Origin: an uncultured delta proteobacterium
GTDB lineage: Bacteria; Myxococcota_A; Polyangia; Palsa-1104
Length of the DNA: 64,000 bases
Reading direction: 5' to 3'
NCBI GenBank assembly: GCA_963785725.1
Contig: CAWAWS010000003.1
Coordinates: 416,001-480,000, forward strand
Shown here: positions 47,962 to 60,400 of the stretch, in pieces
Layout: each line of letters begins with the position of its first letter
Position numbering within the stretch: the first letter of the stretch is position 1
Translations under genes and position numbers: made by a program
The notes under the pieces: model-generated
The model's input: only the letters and a program-made list of their open reading frames with translations
Databases searched by the model: none
What the model was told of the DNA's origin: nothing

Positions 47962-48900
47962 ATGCCAGATTTCATGACGTTCAATCGTGCCTGGACCGAA
48001 ACATCCCTCGGAGCCCGCTTGAAGATCGAGGTCGCTGACATCCTCCGTGAGTGGGAAGCACAGCATCAGGCGGCGAGGCTGGAACTCTACCACTACACGA
48101 CTGCCGACGGCCTTCTCGGAGTGTTGACCAAGCGTCATCTATGGGCCACCGACGCGTCGTACCTGAATGACCGCACTGAAGGGAAACACGCCCACGCCTT
48201 GATGCAATTGGCTTACGATGCTAAGCGCAAGCACGCGTCTCCAATCGTCCAAGCGCTGACCACTCGCAGTATCGGACCATCGCTGGACGGGTTCATCACC
48301 CATTACGTTACATGCTTCTGCGAACACGGCGACTTGCTAAGTCAGTGGAGAGGATACGGCGCGCGCGGCGGCGGGTACGCCGTCCGCTTCAAATTTCCTC
48401 CGATCGGACCACCGCTCGCCAATATCCGATTTCGGAAAGTAATCTATAAGGCGGATACACAACGGCACTTCATAGAATCGATCTTAGGAATAGCAAGTAC
48501 AGCTTTAGAGGCTGAGACAACGGGACAGACACTTGAACAGGCGCGGGGCGTCATTGCCGCTGCCAGTGCATTCGTCGCAGACTTCATGACGGAGTTCGAG
48601 ATCTCCTTCAAAGATCCGAGCTTCGCAGAAGAACACGAGTGGAGAGCAATCCAAACCGTTTACGGCCCCGCGGTCGATGACCACTTGAAGTTCCGAGTTG
48701 GCAACGGACAGATAGTTCCTTATCGCGAGTTAGATCTGACGGATAAGGCCGGCGTTTTGACTGGGCAATTGCCGATCCACCAGATCATGATAGGTCCAAC
48801 GCTCGACCAAGGGCTTACCCACAAAGCCATTCGGAATCTGTGTTATCAGCAAAAACTCTCGTTCTGCGAGATCAAGAGCTCCGGTGTACCGCTGAGATAG
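47962..48900 (+). CDS. DUF2971-domain protein
   Basis: LYHYT..DGL.G.L....LWAT...LND..E, CFCE.GDLLSQWRGYG, K.P.F.EE.EWR, I.IGP, S.VPLR. RBS GGAGGAG. Confidence 0.85.
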   Translation: MPDFMTFNRAWTETSLGARLKIEVADILREWEAQHQAARLELYHYTTADGLLGVLTKRHLWATDASYLNDRTEGKHAHALMQLAYDAKRKHASPIVQALTTRSIGPSLDGFITHYVTCFCEHGDLLSQWRGYGARGGGYAVRFKFPPIGPPLANIRFRKVIYKADTQRHFIESILGIASTALEAETTGQTLEQARGVIAAASAFVADFMTEFEISFKDPSFAEEHEWRAIQTVYGPAVDDHLKFRVGNGQIVPYRELDLTDKAGVLTGQLPIHQIMIGPTLDQGLTHKAIRNLCYQQKLSFCEIKSSGVPLR

Positions 48901-49155
48901 CAATAACCGATGCAACATCTGAAACGCGACTAACCAGCCTCGCCGAGGCCGATATCCAAGCGCAGACTCTTGGCGTCGACCTCGACGGCGATTCGATTTC
49001 GGTCATGACCTATCCTCCCTCATAGCTGCATTCAAACCATCTGAAGTAGCCGACCTCTCCAGCCGATCTTCCGGCCGGTCGAGGACTGGCTGACATTGCT
49101 ACCCCTCCGATATCGAAGATACACGCCGCCGTCGACCGCGACGAAATGCGCGCGT

Positions 49156-49914
49156 TCAGGGCAGCTCGACGCGCCAGACCTGCTCCTTCGGATCGATCGG
49201 CGACGCGACATAGTGGACCTTCCACTTGTCGTGCTCGGTCGGTCCGACGGTGTCGCCTTCGGGCAGCGGGCTGCCTCGATCCATCACGTAGCCCAAGAGG
49301 TCGAACAGCGTCGCCAGCGCCTCACCCGACTTGGCGCGCGGCACCGTCAGCAGCAGATTGGGCAGGCCGAGCTGCTTCATGCCGAGGCTGAGCAGGCTCA
49401 CACGCGCCGTGCCTTCGTTCGCCAAGCTCACGCCATTCCACAGCACGAGGCGCGCGAACACGGCCGGATTGGCCGCAACCTCGACGACAAACTTGGGATC
49501 GTGGGTGGCCTGCGCCTCGCCCCAGTAAACGCCGACCGCCGGCGATACCTGCGTCACCGCCGCCAGGAGCGACGTGAACCGCTGCAGCGTCTCGACCGGC
49601 TTATCGCCCGCCCCAAACTTTAAAGTGACGACGAGATGCGCCTGATGCGGCGGCAGCTTCCAGCCCGTCCCCAGCGACGACAAGCTGAAGCGCGCCGCAG
49701 CATCGGCCTCGCCCTTGGGCACTGGCGCTTGCATCAGCGCCACGAACGCCGTCCCGTGCGTGCCGAGGTCGAACATCGCCACCGGCGTCGTGCCGTCGCT
49801 CTTGGTGCCCTCTACGCGCAGCGATTCGCCTTCGGCGAAGTGCGCGTAAGCGCGCGCCACCTCGACCTCCTTGGGCATGACCGGCTTCGACAGCAATACG
49901 AAGGCGAGGTTCAT
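49156..49914 (-). CDS. DUF4261-domain protein (SUFU-like/immunity-type)
   Basis: H.AHLVV, AVGVYWG, SLGMKQLGLPNL, Y....G..L.EGDTVG motifs. Confidence 0.75.
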   Translation of the reverse strand: MNLAFVLLSKPVMPKEVEVARAYAHFAEGESLRVEGTKSDGTTPVAMFDLGTHGTAFVALMQAPVPKGEADAAARFSLSSLGTGWKLPPHQAHLVVTLKFGAGDKPVETLQRFTSLLAAVTQVSPAVGVYWGEAQATHDPKFVVEVAANPAVFARLVLWNGVSLANEGTARVSLLSLGMKQLGLPNLLLTVPRAKSGEALATLFDLLGYVMDRGSPLPEGDTVGPTEHDKWKVHYVASPIDPKEQVWRVELP

Positions 49915-50756
49915 CGACGACGTCCCTTTGTTTTCGGCGTGGCATGCACGACGCCGCCGAGCAGCGCCAGGCATACGACCCATCGCCCCGTGGTGAAGAT
50001 GGCGATTCCCCTTTGCGAACGAGCGCAGCCACTATAGCCAATCGAGACTGGCAGCGGTGTGATCGTCGTCAGCGCTGCACGCGAAACCCGGCGAGCTCGT
50101 GGGAGACGTGGCGGGCGGTGTCGTCTTCGGATTCGAGGTGAACGCAGTGCGACGACGCAGCACCGTTACGGCCCGCTAGTGAGGACGCGTGGCGATCGGC
50201 GACGAATCGAAAGTCGGGTGACTGCTATCACCGACATCGTCCAACCCAACGCGGTTTACCGGAGCATAGATCTTTCGTTGGTCACGGCCTCCGCGCTTCG
50301 CGAAACACCGGCACGATCACCATCACAGAGTGAAACCCGCCGCCTCTCCTCACCTAGATTGGTATCGATTTTAGTCGGCCTATGGATGGCGACAAGCATC
50401 CTGGTCGGATTAGCCGTCGCCGCGCGATTAGACAGGCTCGAGCGCGAGAACGAGGAGATCCGTCGAGCTGCGATCCACTACCGCCGCGTCGCGATTGACG
50501 CGAGCGAGCAGTTAGGCGTTTGCAGAGGACTCGTCGACAACCTGTCGAGATGAGCTAACGATACACTGCCCGGCGTTTCGCGCGCGACTCGTCGCCTCCT
50601 ACGCAGGCGGTCTGCTCGAGAGCTTTTGGGGCCACGTCTACGACGGCGACAGCTAGCCGCGAGGCGTCGGCGGCGGCCGCCACTTGCCAGTCGATCGACG
50701 ATCTAAGGGCAAGACCGGCGGCGGATCGAAGAAGCCGAGATAGACAAACGGGCCGC

Positions 50757-51950
50757 TTATTTACTGTCGCCATAGCCGATGCGGAACAGGCGATCGCAGC
50801 CGGCGTGGGAGACGAGGTCGGCGGCGTCGCGACCGCTGGCGGCGATGGCGCGCTGCAATCCCACGTCGCAGGTGGCAAGCGCCGCTTCCGCGGCGTCGAG
50901 CGGGCGCAGCTCGCGCGCGGCGATGAACACGTTGGCCAGGTACGCCAATTCGCCCATGCGCGCGGCGACGACGTCGGCCGGCAAGGTCGCCAGCGTGCGT
51001 CGCAACAGCGACGCCGGCGCGGCCACGTCGCCTTCCAGCCGCGGCGTGGCCGCGCCGGCCGTCGCCGGCTCGTCGAGCCATGTGGCCAGGCGCGCACCGT
51101 CGTCGTCGACGGCCGCTGCGCTCGCGGCGCTGGCGCGGATGGCGGCGTCGGCGTCGTACTCGCGGAAGTAGGCGGCGGTGAGCGGATCGCGCGGCGCAGC
51201 CAAGGCGGCCGCAATGGCGGCGTCGTCGATGCGCGGCAGCGCCAGAAAGCCGCGCGCGGCGGCGGGCGCGACGTGGCCGGCGCGGGCGCGGCGGTCTTCG
51301 CGCGCGGCGGCGGCGTCTTCGGCCAGCATGTCGGCGGCGCTCAAGACGTCGATGAGGCTGCCGTTGTCCTTGATCCACTCGCTGTCGGCGCGAAACAGGC
51401 GCTCGCACAAGCGGCGCACGAGGTCGGGGTGGCGCTCATCGAGCGCGGCGAGCGCGCCGCTGAGGGCGTCCCAGCCGTCGCTGCTGCGGGCCAGCAGCCG
51501 ATAGTTGTCGAGCTCGAGACTGGGGCCATCTTCGAGCAGCCGCTCCAACTCGGCGTCGATGGCGCTGAGCGCCACTTCGTCGAGGTCGACGACCACCAGC
51601 AGCTCGTGGAGCGCCAGCGCCAGTAGGTCTTCCGACAGCTCGGCGAGCGTGTCGACGGTGAAGCGCTCGCCCGCTTCCAGCATCACCTCCAGCCACAGGC
51701 CGAAGCGCTCGGGGTCGAAGTGCGGCGACTGGCCGGGACGCGCGCTGTGCCACAGGTCCTCGTCGAAGATGCGCTCCAGCTGCGGCACGGTAGCCAGCGC
51801 CACCAGCTCGCCGGCGTCGGCCAGGCCGACGTGGTCGATGAGGGCCAGCAAGCGCGCCGGCGGCAGCGCTTGCACGCGCGCGACCAGGTGGGGCTGCTCG
51901 AGGATGCGCGCCAGCAAGGTGCGCGCAGGGACGGCCAGTGAGTCGCTCAT
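50757..51950 (-). CDS. DUF6178-like myxobacterial protein
   Basis: LI.HVGLADAGEL..LAT..QL..IFDEDLW, F..WLEVMLEAG, REDRR...G.V, ELAYLANV motifs. Confidence 0.7.
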   Translation of the reverse strand: MSDSLAVPARTLLARILEQPHLVARVQALPPARLLALIDHVGLADAGELVALATVPQLERIFDEDLWHSARPGQSPHFDPERFGLWLEVMLEAGERFTVDTLAELSEDLLALALHELLVVVDLDEVALSAIDAELERLLEDGPSLELDNYRLLARSSDGWDALSGALAALDERHPDLVRRLCERLFRADSEWIKDNGSLIDVLSAADMLAEDAAAAREDRRARAGHVAPAAARGFLALPRIDDAAIAAALAAPRDPLTAAYFREYDADAAIRASAASAAAVDDDGARLATWLDEPATAGAATPRLEGDVAAPASLLRRTLATLPADVVAARMGELAYLANVFIAARELRPLDAAEAALATCDVGLQRAIAASGRDAADLVSHAGCDRLFRIGYGDSK

Positions 51951-52385
51951 GGTCGCACCCTACGACCGCGGCGTCGTCGGAAAATAGCGCGAAAATGACA
52001 GACGGCGCGCGCGCGATCTGGCAGAATGAGGGCAGAAGTCGAGGTTGCCGCGCGAGAATCTTCGCGGCCGCGAGTTTCACTTCGGCTGCGTCCATCGTCG
52101 CCCCGGTCAGCGACGGGACTATCCACCGAGGCGGGTTTTACGCCGGTCCATCAGTGCTTCGTCGCCCGCACTCGCTGACCGCGAGAGGCCAGCGAGTCTG
52201 CCGCGGCAGCGCCGCCGGACCCGCATCGAGCGCGCGTAGACGCGCGAGCGCCTGCTGATAGATCGGCAGGCCGAGCGGATCGAGCAGCACGAGGCGCTCC
52301 GACGCACGACGCGCACTGCCGCAATCGCCGATGCATGCACCACCTTGGGTCCGTGCGAGGAGGAGTTGAGCCGCGCAGCGAGCGT

Positions 52386-54074
52386 TCAGCCGATCGCGCT
52401 CTTCAGATCCTTGATCAACGCGATGAGCGCCGCAGGTTCGAACGGTTTGGTCATATGCGCCTGGAAGCCGGCGGCAGCTGCCTGCTCGCGGTCGTCGACG
52501 CTGCCGTAGCCGGAGACGGCGATGGCGATCGCGGCGCCGCGTCCGCTGTGCGATTCGAAGGCTCGCGCTCGGCGGATGAGCGAGAGGCCGTCCTCGCGCG
52601 GCATCCCCAGATCGCTGATGAGCACGTCGAACGGGGTCGCAGCGAACACCGTCAGCGCGTCACCGGCCGACGCGGCCGCGGTCACATCGGCGCCGGCCGA
52701 GACGAGAACTGCGGCCAGGAGCTCGCGCGCATCCTCCTCGTCGTCGACGAGCAGCACGCGCAGCCCCCGCAGCGGGTCGCCGTCGGTTTGCGGCGCGCTC
52801 GCCGACAGGCGCTCGGCGTGGGGGACGCTCGCGTGAGCTTGGCGCGTGGCTGGCGCTTGCAACGCGGCTGCGACCTCCTCGTGCCGAGTCGGCAGCCTGA
52901 CGACGAAGGTCGCTCCCTTGTCGGGCCCCGCGCTAAAAGCTTCGAGCGTGCCTCCGTGCTGCTCGACCAGCCCGCGCGCCAGCGCCAGCCCGATCCCCAT
53001 CCCGCCGTATTGCCGAGTCCGGCTGCCGTCGCCTTGGCGAAATCGATCGAACACGAACGGCAGTAGGTCGCCGGCAATGCCGACGCCGCTATCCTTGACC
53101 GTCAACTGGAGCTGATCGCGGCGCTCGAGATCGATCTGCACCCCCTCGCCGTCGCGGGAGAACTTGATGGCGTTGGAGATGATGTTGAGCAGCACCTGCT
53201 CGATCCGGATGGCGTCGCAGATGGTCACGTGGTTCTGCGCATCGAAGTTGAAGTCGAGCCGGATCGATCGCTGCATGGCCAGCGGCTGCAGTGTCGCGAT
53301 CGCCGATTGAGCCACCGACCGCAGATCGTTCACGCCGGTGGAGATCTTCAGCTGGTTGGCCGCGATGGCCGACAAATCGAGCAGGTCGTCGATGATCCGG
53401 CTCTGGACGCGAGCGTTGCGCGCGATGGTCTGCGCGACTCTGGAGAGGCGCGGCTCGAGCTGCTGTTCTTGCTCCAGCAGTGCCGCCCAGCCCAGGATGG
53501 CATTGAGCGGCGTGCGCAGCTCGTGCGACATCATGGCCAAGAACTCGTCCTTGGCGCGGCTGGCATCTTCGGCCGCTTGGCGCGCGGCGTGCGCGCGGTC
53601 GGCCTCGAGTTGCTTTTGCCGCAGGGCCTCCGCTTGGCGCGCGATCGTGTCCGAGCGACGATAGCTCGCCACCAGCGCCGCGACCTTGGCCCTGAGCGCG
53701 GTCTCGTCCAGCGGCTTGGTCAAGTAGTCGAGCGCGCCCAGCGAGTAGGCGCGCGTTGCCGACTCGCGATCGGTGAAAATGGCCGTGACGAAGATGATGG
53801 GCGTCTCGCGCGTCCGATCGCGTTTGCGGATCAGCTCTGTGGTCATGAAGCCGTCTAGCTCCGGCATCTGCACGTCCATCAGCACCACCGCGAAGTCGCG
53901 CGCGAGCAGGTGCGCAAGCGCCTCGGTGCCCGAGCTGGCCGTGGTCAGCTCGACGTCGGCCAGGTCGAGGAGCGCCTTGAGCGCGAGCAGGTTCGCCGGA
54001 TTATCGTCGACGAGCAGAACGGCCGGTCGGCGCCCCACGACGCCGGCTGCAGCGAGAGCAGCGTGATCAGTCAT
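52386..54074 (-). CDS. Hybrid sensor histidine kinase/response regulator (REC-HisKA-HATPase-REC)
   Basis: VDDNPANL...DVQMP, KDEFLA.MSHELRTPLNAI, NAIKFS, DSGVGI, GGMGIGL, VDDEED...SDLGMP..DG. Confidence 0.95.
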   Translation of the reverse strand: MTDHAALAAAGVVGRRPAVLLVDDNPANLLALKALLDLADVELTTASSGTEALAHLLARDFAVVLMDVQMPELDGFMTTELIRKRDRTRETPIIFVTAIFTDRESATRAYSLGALDYLTKPLDETALRAKVAALVASYRRSDTIARQAEALRQKQLEADRAHAARQAAEDASRAKDEFLAMMSHELRTPLNAILGWAALLEQEQQLEPRLSRVAQTIARNARVQSRIIDDLLDLSAIAANQLKISTGVNDLRSVAQSAIATLQPLAMQRSIRLDFNFDAQNHVTICDAIRIEQVLLNIISNAIKFSRDGEGVQIDLERRDQLQLTVKDSGVGIAGDLLPFVFDRFRQGDGSRTRQYGGMGIGLALARGLVEQHGGTLEAFSAGPDKGATFVVRLPTRHEEVAAALQAPATRQAHASVPHAERLSASAPQTDGDPLRGLRVLLVDDEEDARELLAAVLVSAGADVTAAASAGDALTVFAATPFDVLISDLGMPREDGLSLIRRARAFESHSGRGAAIAIAVSGYGSVDDREQAAAAGFQAHMTKPFEPAALIALIKDLKSAIG

Positions 54075-54447
54075 CGGCACTTCACACACTCCGAGCTGTA
54101 TCGAGCCTCGACCCGATCCGGAGGTTCTCGCGTCGACGGCGGGAAGCGTGCACGACCCAGCCGCGTCCCACGACGACGGTTCTACGCTGGATGCTGTAGC
54201 ATGCAACCTTTGCATGGCCGGCCAACGCCTGAGGCCGCCGACGGATTCGCGCAACTCCATCCGGCGACAGGCCGATCGCGCGCGAGTCGTGTGCGCGATG
54301 CTCGACGATTGATTCTGCGCGTAGGCCAACGCCTACAGCCTTCATCAGTCTTTTTATCAACTTATTACTATTAGCCATCGCGAAGCGGTCGAATGAACAG
54401 ATGTGGTCTCTATAGAAAGAGTGGCGGGAACGGTCGTTGCCGGGCCA

Positions 54448-57400
54448 ATGGGCTGGTCTGTGCGTCGTATCGTCCTGACGCTGCTCGCTGGATGGGCGCT
54501 GGCAGCATGCAACGTGCCGGTGCCCCCCGATGTCACGACCACCTACGGCGCGACCGTCGGAAGCTCGTGCACGACCGCGTCCGATTGCACGGGCGGCAAT
54601 CAAGTCTGCACCGCCGGCGCCTGCGTGTGCGCCGATGGCTTCTTCGGCAACAGCGGCAACTCCAGCTGCACGCCGTGTGATGGCAGCTGCGTCACCTGCA
54701 GCGGCCCCACGGCCGACGACTGCACCAGCTGCAATCCCAACAGCGTTCTGGCGGTCGACGTCGGCGCCGCCTGTGGCACGGACGCCGACTGCCGCTACCT
54801 CTTCGTCAACAACGCCGCCAGCGGCGTCTGCAGCGGCGGCGCCTGCGCACTGAGCGCGTGCGCCGCCGGCTACTTCAAGAATGGCAACAGCTGCACCGCC
54901 TGCACCGCCGTCGCCGGCTGCACGAGCGGCGTCACCTGCACCGGCGCCAGCGACTCGCAGTGCGGAAGCTGCAGCGCCGGCAGCTTCCTCGTCGGCGGCA
55001 CTCCGAGCAGCTGCACCACGTGCTCGACCTGCGCCGCGGGGCAATACGCCTCGGGTGGCTGCTCGGGCACGAGCGACACGACCTGCTCCAGCTGCACGGC
55101 CGTCGACAACTGCGCGAGCGGCTTGACCTGCACCACGGCCAGCGACCAGACCTGCGGAAGCTGCGCCAGCGGCTACTACGGCGACGGCACCGCCAGCTGC
55201 ACCGCTTGCACCGCGGTCGCCGGCTGCGTGTCGGCTGTCACCTGCACCAGCGCCGCCGACTCGCAGTGCACCGCCTGCACCGGCGGCAGCTTCCTCGTCG
55301 ACGGCACCACCGATAGCTGCGTCGCCTGCTCGGGCTGCGCCAGCGGGCAATACGTGGCCGGCGGCTGCTCCGGCACCAGCGACACCGCCTGCGCGAGCTG
55401 CACGTCGATCGCCAATTGCGCCTCCGGCGATACCTGCACCACCGGCAGCGATCAGACCTGCGCCACCTGCGCCGGCGGCTACTACGGCAGCGGCACCGCC
55501 AGCTGCACCACCTGCGCGCCCGTCGTCGGCTGCGCCGCCGGCCTCAGCTGCACCGGCACCAGCGACTCGCAGTGCGCGAGCTGCGCCGCCGGCCGCTACA
55601 TGGTCAACGGCGTGTTCGACACGTGTCCCACGTGCTCGACTTGCGCCGCGGGGCAATACGCGACCGGCGGCTGCTCCGGCACTACCGACACCACCTGCTC
55701 CAGCTGCGCCGCCGTCGCCAACTGCGCCAGCGGGCAAGCCAGCTGCACCAGCGCCAGCGACGCCGTCTGCACGCAGTGCAACAGCGGCTTCTACTTGTCC
55801 AACGGCGCTTGCGTCGCCTGCACCGCCGTCGCCGGCTGCACCTCGGCCCTGACTTGCACCAGCGCCGGCGACTCGCAGTGCGCCACCTGCGGCAGCAGCA
55901 AGTACCTCGTCAACGGCACCGTCGACAGCTGCGCCACCTGCTCCACTTGCACGGCGGGCCAATACGCGTCGGGCGGCTGCTCCGGCACCACCGATACCAC
56001 CTGCTCGACCTGCGCCACCGTCGCCAACTGCGCCAGCGGCATCACCTGCTCGACCGCCAGCGATCAAGCGTGCGGCACCTGCGCCGGCGGCTACTACGGC
56101 AATGGCACCGCCAGCTGCACCACCTGCGCAGCGATCGCCAACTGCGCCTCCGGCGTCAGCTGCGACAGCACCAGCGACTCGCAGTGCGCGAGCTGCGCCA
56201 GCGGCCACCGGCTCGTCAACGGCACCGTCGACAGCTGCCCGGCGTGCTCGACCTGCAGCGCCGGCCAGTTCGCCTCCGGCGGCTGCTCCGGCACCACCGA
56301 CACCACCTGCTCGAGCTGCACGCCCATCGCCAACTGCGCGTCGGGCGAGACCTGCAGCACCACCAGCGATCAGACCTGCGCCACCTGCGCCGGCGGCTAC
56401 TACGGCAACGGCACCGCCAGCTGCACCACCTGCGCGCCCGTCGTCGGCTGCGCCGCCGGCCTCAGCTGCACCGGCACCAGCGACTCGCAGTGCGGAAGCT
56501 GCGCCGCCGGCCGCCACCTCGTCAACGGCCCGTTCGACACGTGCCCCACGTGCTCGACTTGCGCCGCGGGGCAATACGCCTCGGGCGGCTGCACCGGCAC
56601 CGCCGACACCACCTGCTCGACCTGCGCCGCCGTCGCCAACTGCGCCAGCGGTCAGACCACCTGCACCAGCGCCAGCGACGCCGTCTGCACGCAGTGCAAC
56701 AGCGGCTTCTACTTGTCCAACGGCGCTTGCGTCGCCTGCACCGCCGTCGCCGGCTGCACCTCGGCTCTGACTTGCACCAGCGCCGGCGACTCGCAGTGCA
56801 CGACTTGCGGCAGCAGCAAATACCTCGTCAACGGCACCGTCGACAGCTGCGCCACGTGCGCCAGCTGCGCGGCGGGCCAATACGCCTCCGGCGGCTGCTC
56901 CGGCACCACCGACACCACCTGCTCGACTTGCACCGCCGTCTCCAACTGCGCCGCCGGCACCACCTGCTCGACCGCGAGCAACTCGACGTGCGCCACCTGC
57001 GGCGCCGGCTTCTACGGCAACGGCACCGCCAGCTGCTCCGTGTGCGCGCCGATCGCCAGCTGCGCCACGGGGCTGAGCTGCGACAGCGGCAGCGACTCGC
57101 AGTGCGCGACCTGCGCCGCCGGCCACCACCTCGTCAACGGCGCCGTCGACAGCTGCCCCGCGTGCGCGACTTGCGCCGCCGGCCAGTACGCCACGGGCGG
57201 CTGCACGGGCACCGCCGACACCACCTGCGCGACTTGCGCCGCCGTCGCCAACTGCGCCAGCGGTCAGACCACCTGCACCAGCGCCAGCGACGCCGCCTGC
57301 ACCCAATGCAACAGCGGCTTCTACCTGTCCAACGGCGCTTGCGTCGCCTGCACCGCCGTCGCCGGCTGCACCTCGGCGCTGACTTGCACCAGCGCCGGCG

Positions 57401-60400
57401 ACTCGCAGTGCACGAGCTGCGGCAGCAGCAAGTACCTCGTCAACGGCGTCGTCGACACCTGCGCCAGCTGCTCGTCGTGCGCGAGCGGCCAGTATGCCGG
57501 CGGCGGCTGCAGCGGCACCACCGACACGACCTGCTCGAGCTGCCCGGCCGTCTCCGGCTGCCCGAGCAACCAAGTGACCTGCAGCAACGCCAGCGACGCC
57601 GTCTGCAACCAGTGCAGTGTCGGCAATTATCTCTCGAACGGCACCTGCGTGGCCTGCCCGGCCGTCGCCAGCTGCAGCTCGGCGGTCAGCTGCGACAGCG
57701 CCAGCGACTCGCAGTGCGCGAGCTGCGCCAGCGGCCACCGGCTCGTCAACGGCACCGTCGACAGCTGCCCCGCCTGCTCGACCTGCAGCGCCGGCCAGTT
57801 CGCCTCGGGCGGCTGCTCCGGCACCACCGACACCACCTGCTCGAGCTGCACGCCCATCGCCAACTGCGCCTCGGGCGAGACCTGCAGCACCACCAGCGAT
57901 CAGACCTGCGCCACCTGCGCCGGCGGCTACTACGGCAACGGCACCGCCAGCTGCACCACTTGCGCGCCCGTCGTCGGCTGCGCCGCCGGCCTCAGCTGCA
58001 CCGGCACCAGCGACTCGCAGTGCGGAAGCTGCGCCGCCGGCCGCCACCTCGTCAACGGCCCGTTCGACACGTGCCCGACCTGCACGAGCTGCCCGACCGG
58101 CCAATACGCGAGCGGCGGCTGCTCCGGCACCGCCGACACCACCTGCTCCAGCTGCGCCGCCGTCGCCAACTGCGCCAGCGGGCAAACCACCTGCACCAGC
58201 GCCAGCGACGCCGTCTGCACCCAGTGCAACAGCGGCTTCTACTTGTCCAACGGCGCTTGCGTCGCCTGCACCGCCGTCGCCGGCTGCACCTCCGCTCTCA
58301 CTTGCACCAGCGCCGGCGACTCGCAGTGCACGACTTGCGGCAGCAGCAAATACCTCGTCAACGGCACCGTCGACAGCTGCGCCACCTGCTCCAGCTGCGC
58401 GGCCGGTCAATATTCCTCCGGCGGCTGCTCCGGCACCGCCGACACCACCTGCTCGACTTGCACCGCCGTCTCCAACTGCGCCGCCGGCACCACCTGCTCG
58501 ACCGCGAGCAACCAGACGTGCGGCAGCTGCGCCAGCGGCTTTTACGGCAACGGCACCGCCAGCTGCTCCGCCTGCGCGCCCATCGCCGGCTGCACCTCGC
58601 CGTCGACCTGCACCGGCGCCAACGACTCGCAGTGCACGAGCTGCGGCAGCGGCAAGTACCTCGTCAACGGCGTCGTCGACAGCTGCGCCACCTGCTCGAC
58701 TTGCAGCGCCGGCCAGTACGCCTCGGGCGGCTGCTCCGGCGCCACCGACACCAGCTGCTCGAGCTGCACGCCGATCGCCAACTGCACGTCCGGCGAGACC
58801 TGCACCACGGTCAGCGACCAGACTTGCGGCACCTGCGCCAGCGGCTACTACGGCAACGGCACCGCCAGCTGCACCGCCTGCGCGCCCGTCGCCGGCTGCA
58901 CCTCGGCGCTGACCTGCACCGGCGTCAACGACTCGCAGTGCGGAAGCTGCGGCAGCGGCAAGTACCTCGTCAACGGCACCGTCGACAGCTGCGCCAACTG
59001 CTCGAGCTGCCCGAGCGGCCAGTACGCCGGCGGCGGCTGCAGCGGCTCGAGCGACACCAGCTGCACCGCCTGCCCGGCCGTCGCCGGCTGCCCGAGCAAC
59101 CAGGTCACCTGCACCAGCGCCGGCGACGCCGTCTGCAACCAGTGCAGCGCCGGCACCTACCTGTCGAACGGCAGCTGCGTCGCCTGCACGGCCGTCGCCG
59201 GCTGCAGCTCGGCGGTCAGCTGCACCAGCGCCAACGACTCGCAGTGCACCGCCTGCACGAGCGGCGACTATCTGGTCAACGGCAGCGTCGACAGCTGCGC
59301 CACTTGCTCGAGCTGCGCGGCCGGCCAGTACGCCTCGGCCGGCTGCAGCGGCGCCACCGACACCAGCTGCTCGAGCTGCACGCCGGTCGCCAACTGCATG
59401 AGCGGCCATGCGACCTGCACCAGCGCCAACGATGCCACCTGCGACCAATGCAGCGCGGGCTTCTACCTCTCGAACGGCACCTGCGTCGCCTGCGCCGCCG
59501 TCGCCGGCTGCACCTCGACGGTGACCTGCACCGGCACCGGCGACTCGCAGTGCACGAGCTGCGCGCAGGGCCGCTATCTGCAAGGCGGCGCCGTCGACAG
59601 CTGCCCGCTGTGCACGCCGGTCGCGCATTGCGCCTCGGGCGTGACCTGCACCGACCCGAGCGACTCGGTCTGCGCCGACTGCGCGTCGGGCTACTTCTTG
59701 AGCAACGGCGCCTGCGTCGCCTGCGCCACCTGCGCCACCGGCCAGTACCAGAGCGCTGCCTGCACCGGCACCACCGACACGCAATGCGCGAGCTGCGTCG
59801 CCGTCGACGGCTGCGCCGCGGCCGTCAGCTGCACCAGCGCCAACGACTCGCAGTGCGCCAGCTGCAACAGCGGCCGCTACCTCGCCAACGGCACCCAAGA
59901 CAGCTGCCCAACATGCACGCCGGTGTCCGGCTGCACGTCGCCGGTCACCTGCACCACCGGCAGCGATCAGCAGTGCAACGCCTGCGGCGCCGGCAGCTAC
60001 TTGAACAACGGCGCCTGCAGCACCTGCTCGAGCGGCTGCCCGACGGGACAGTACGAAGCCGCCGCGTGCACCGCCAACGCCGATCGCGTCTGCGCCGCCT
60101 GCGACGCGAGCTGCGCCAGCTGCAGCGGCACGGCCACGCAGTGCACCAGCTGCCCGGCCGCGTCGTACCTGAGCAACGGCCAGTGCCTCAGCTGCAGCCA
60201 TTGCGCCGCCGGCACGCGACTGACGACGGCATGCAGCGCCGGCGCCGACACCGTCTGCACCGACTGCGTCGCCGGCACCTTCTCGAGCACGCCCGACGCC
60301 GCGGCCTGCTCGCAGTGCACCGCCGGCAGCTACGCCGGCGCCGCCGCGACCTCGTGCACCACCTGCGCGCCCGGCAGCATCTCGAGCGCGGGCGCCGCCA

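Noticed and set aside
50330..50553. Small TM plus coiled-coil ORF
   Set aside because: No clear start or RBS and no family motif.
54898..59487. Regularly spaced repeats as a possible CRISPR array or DGR template
   Set aside because: The repeats are in-frame 306-nt coding units with no unique spacers. No cas or reverse transcriptase gene is in the window.
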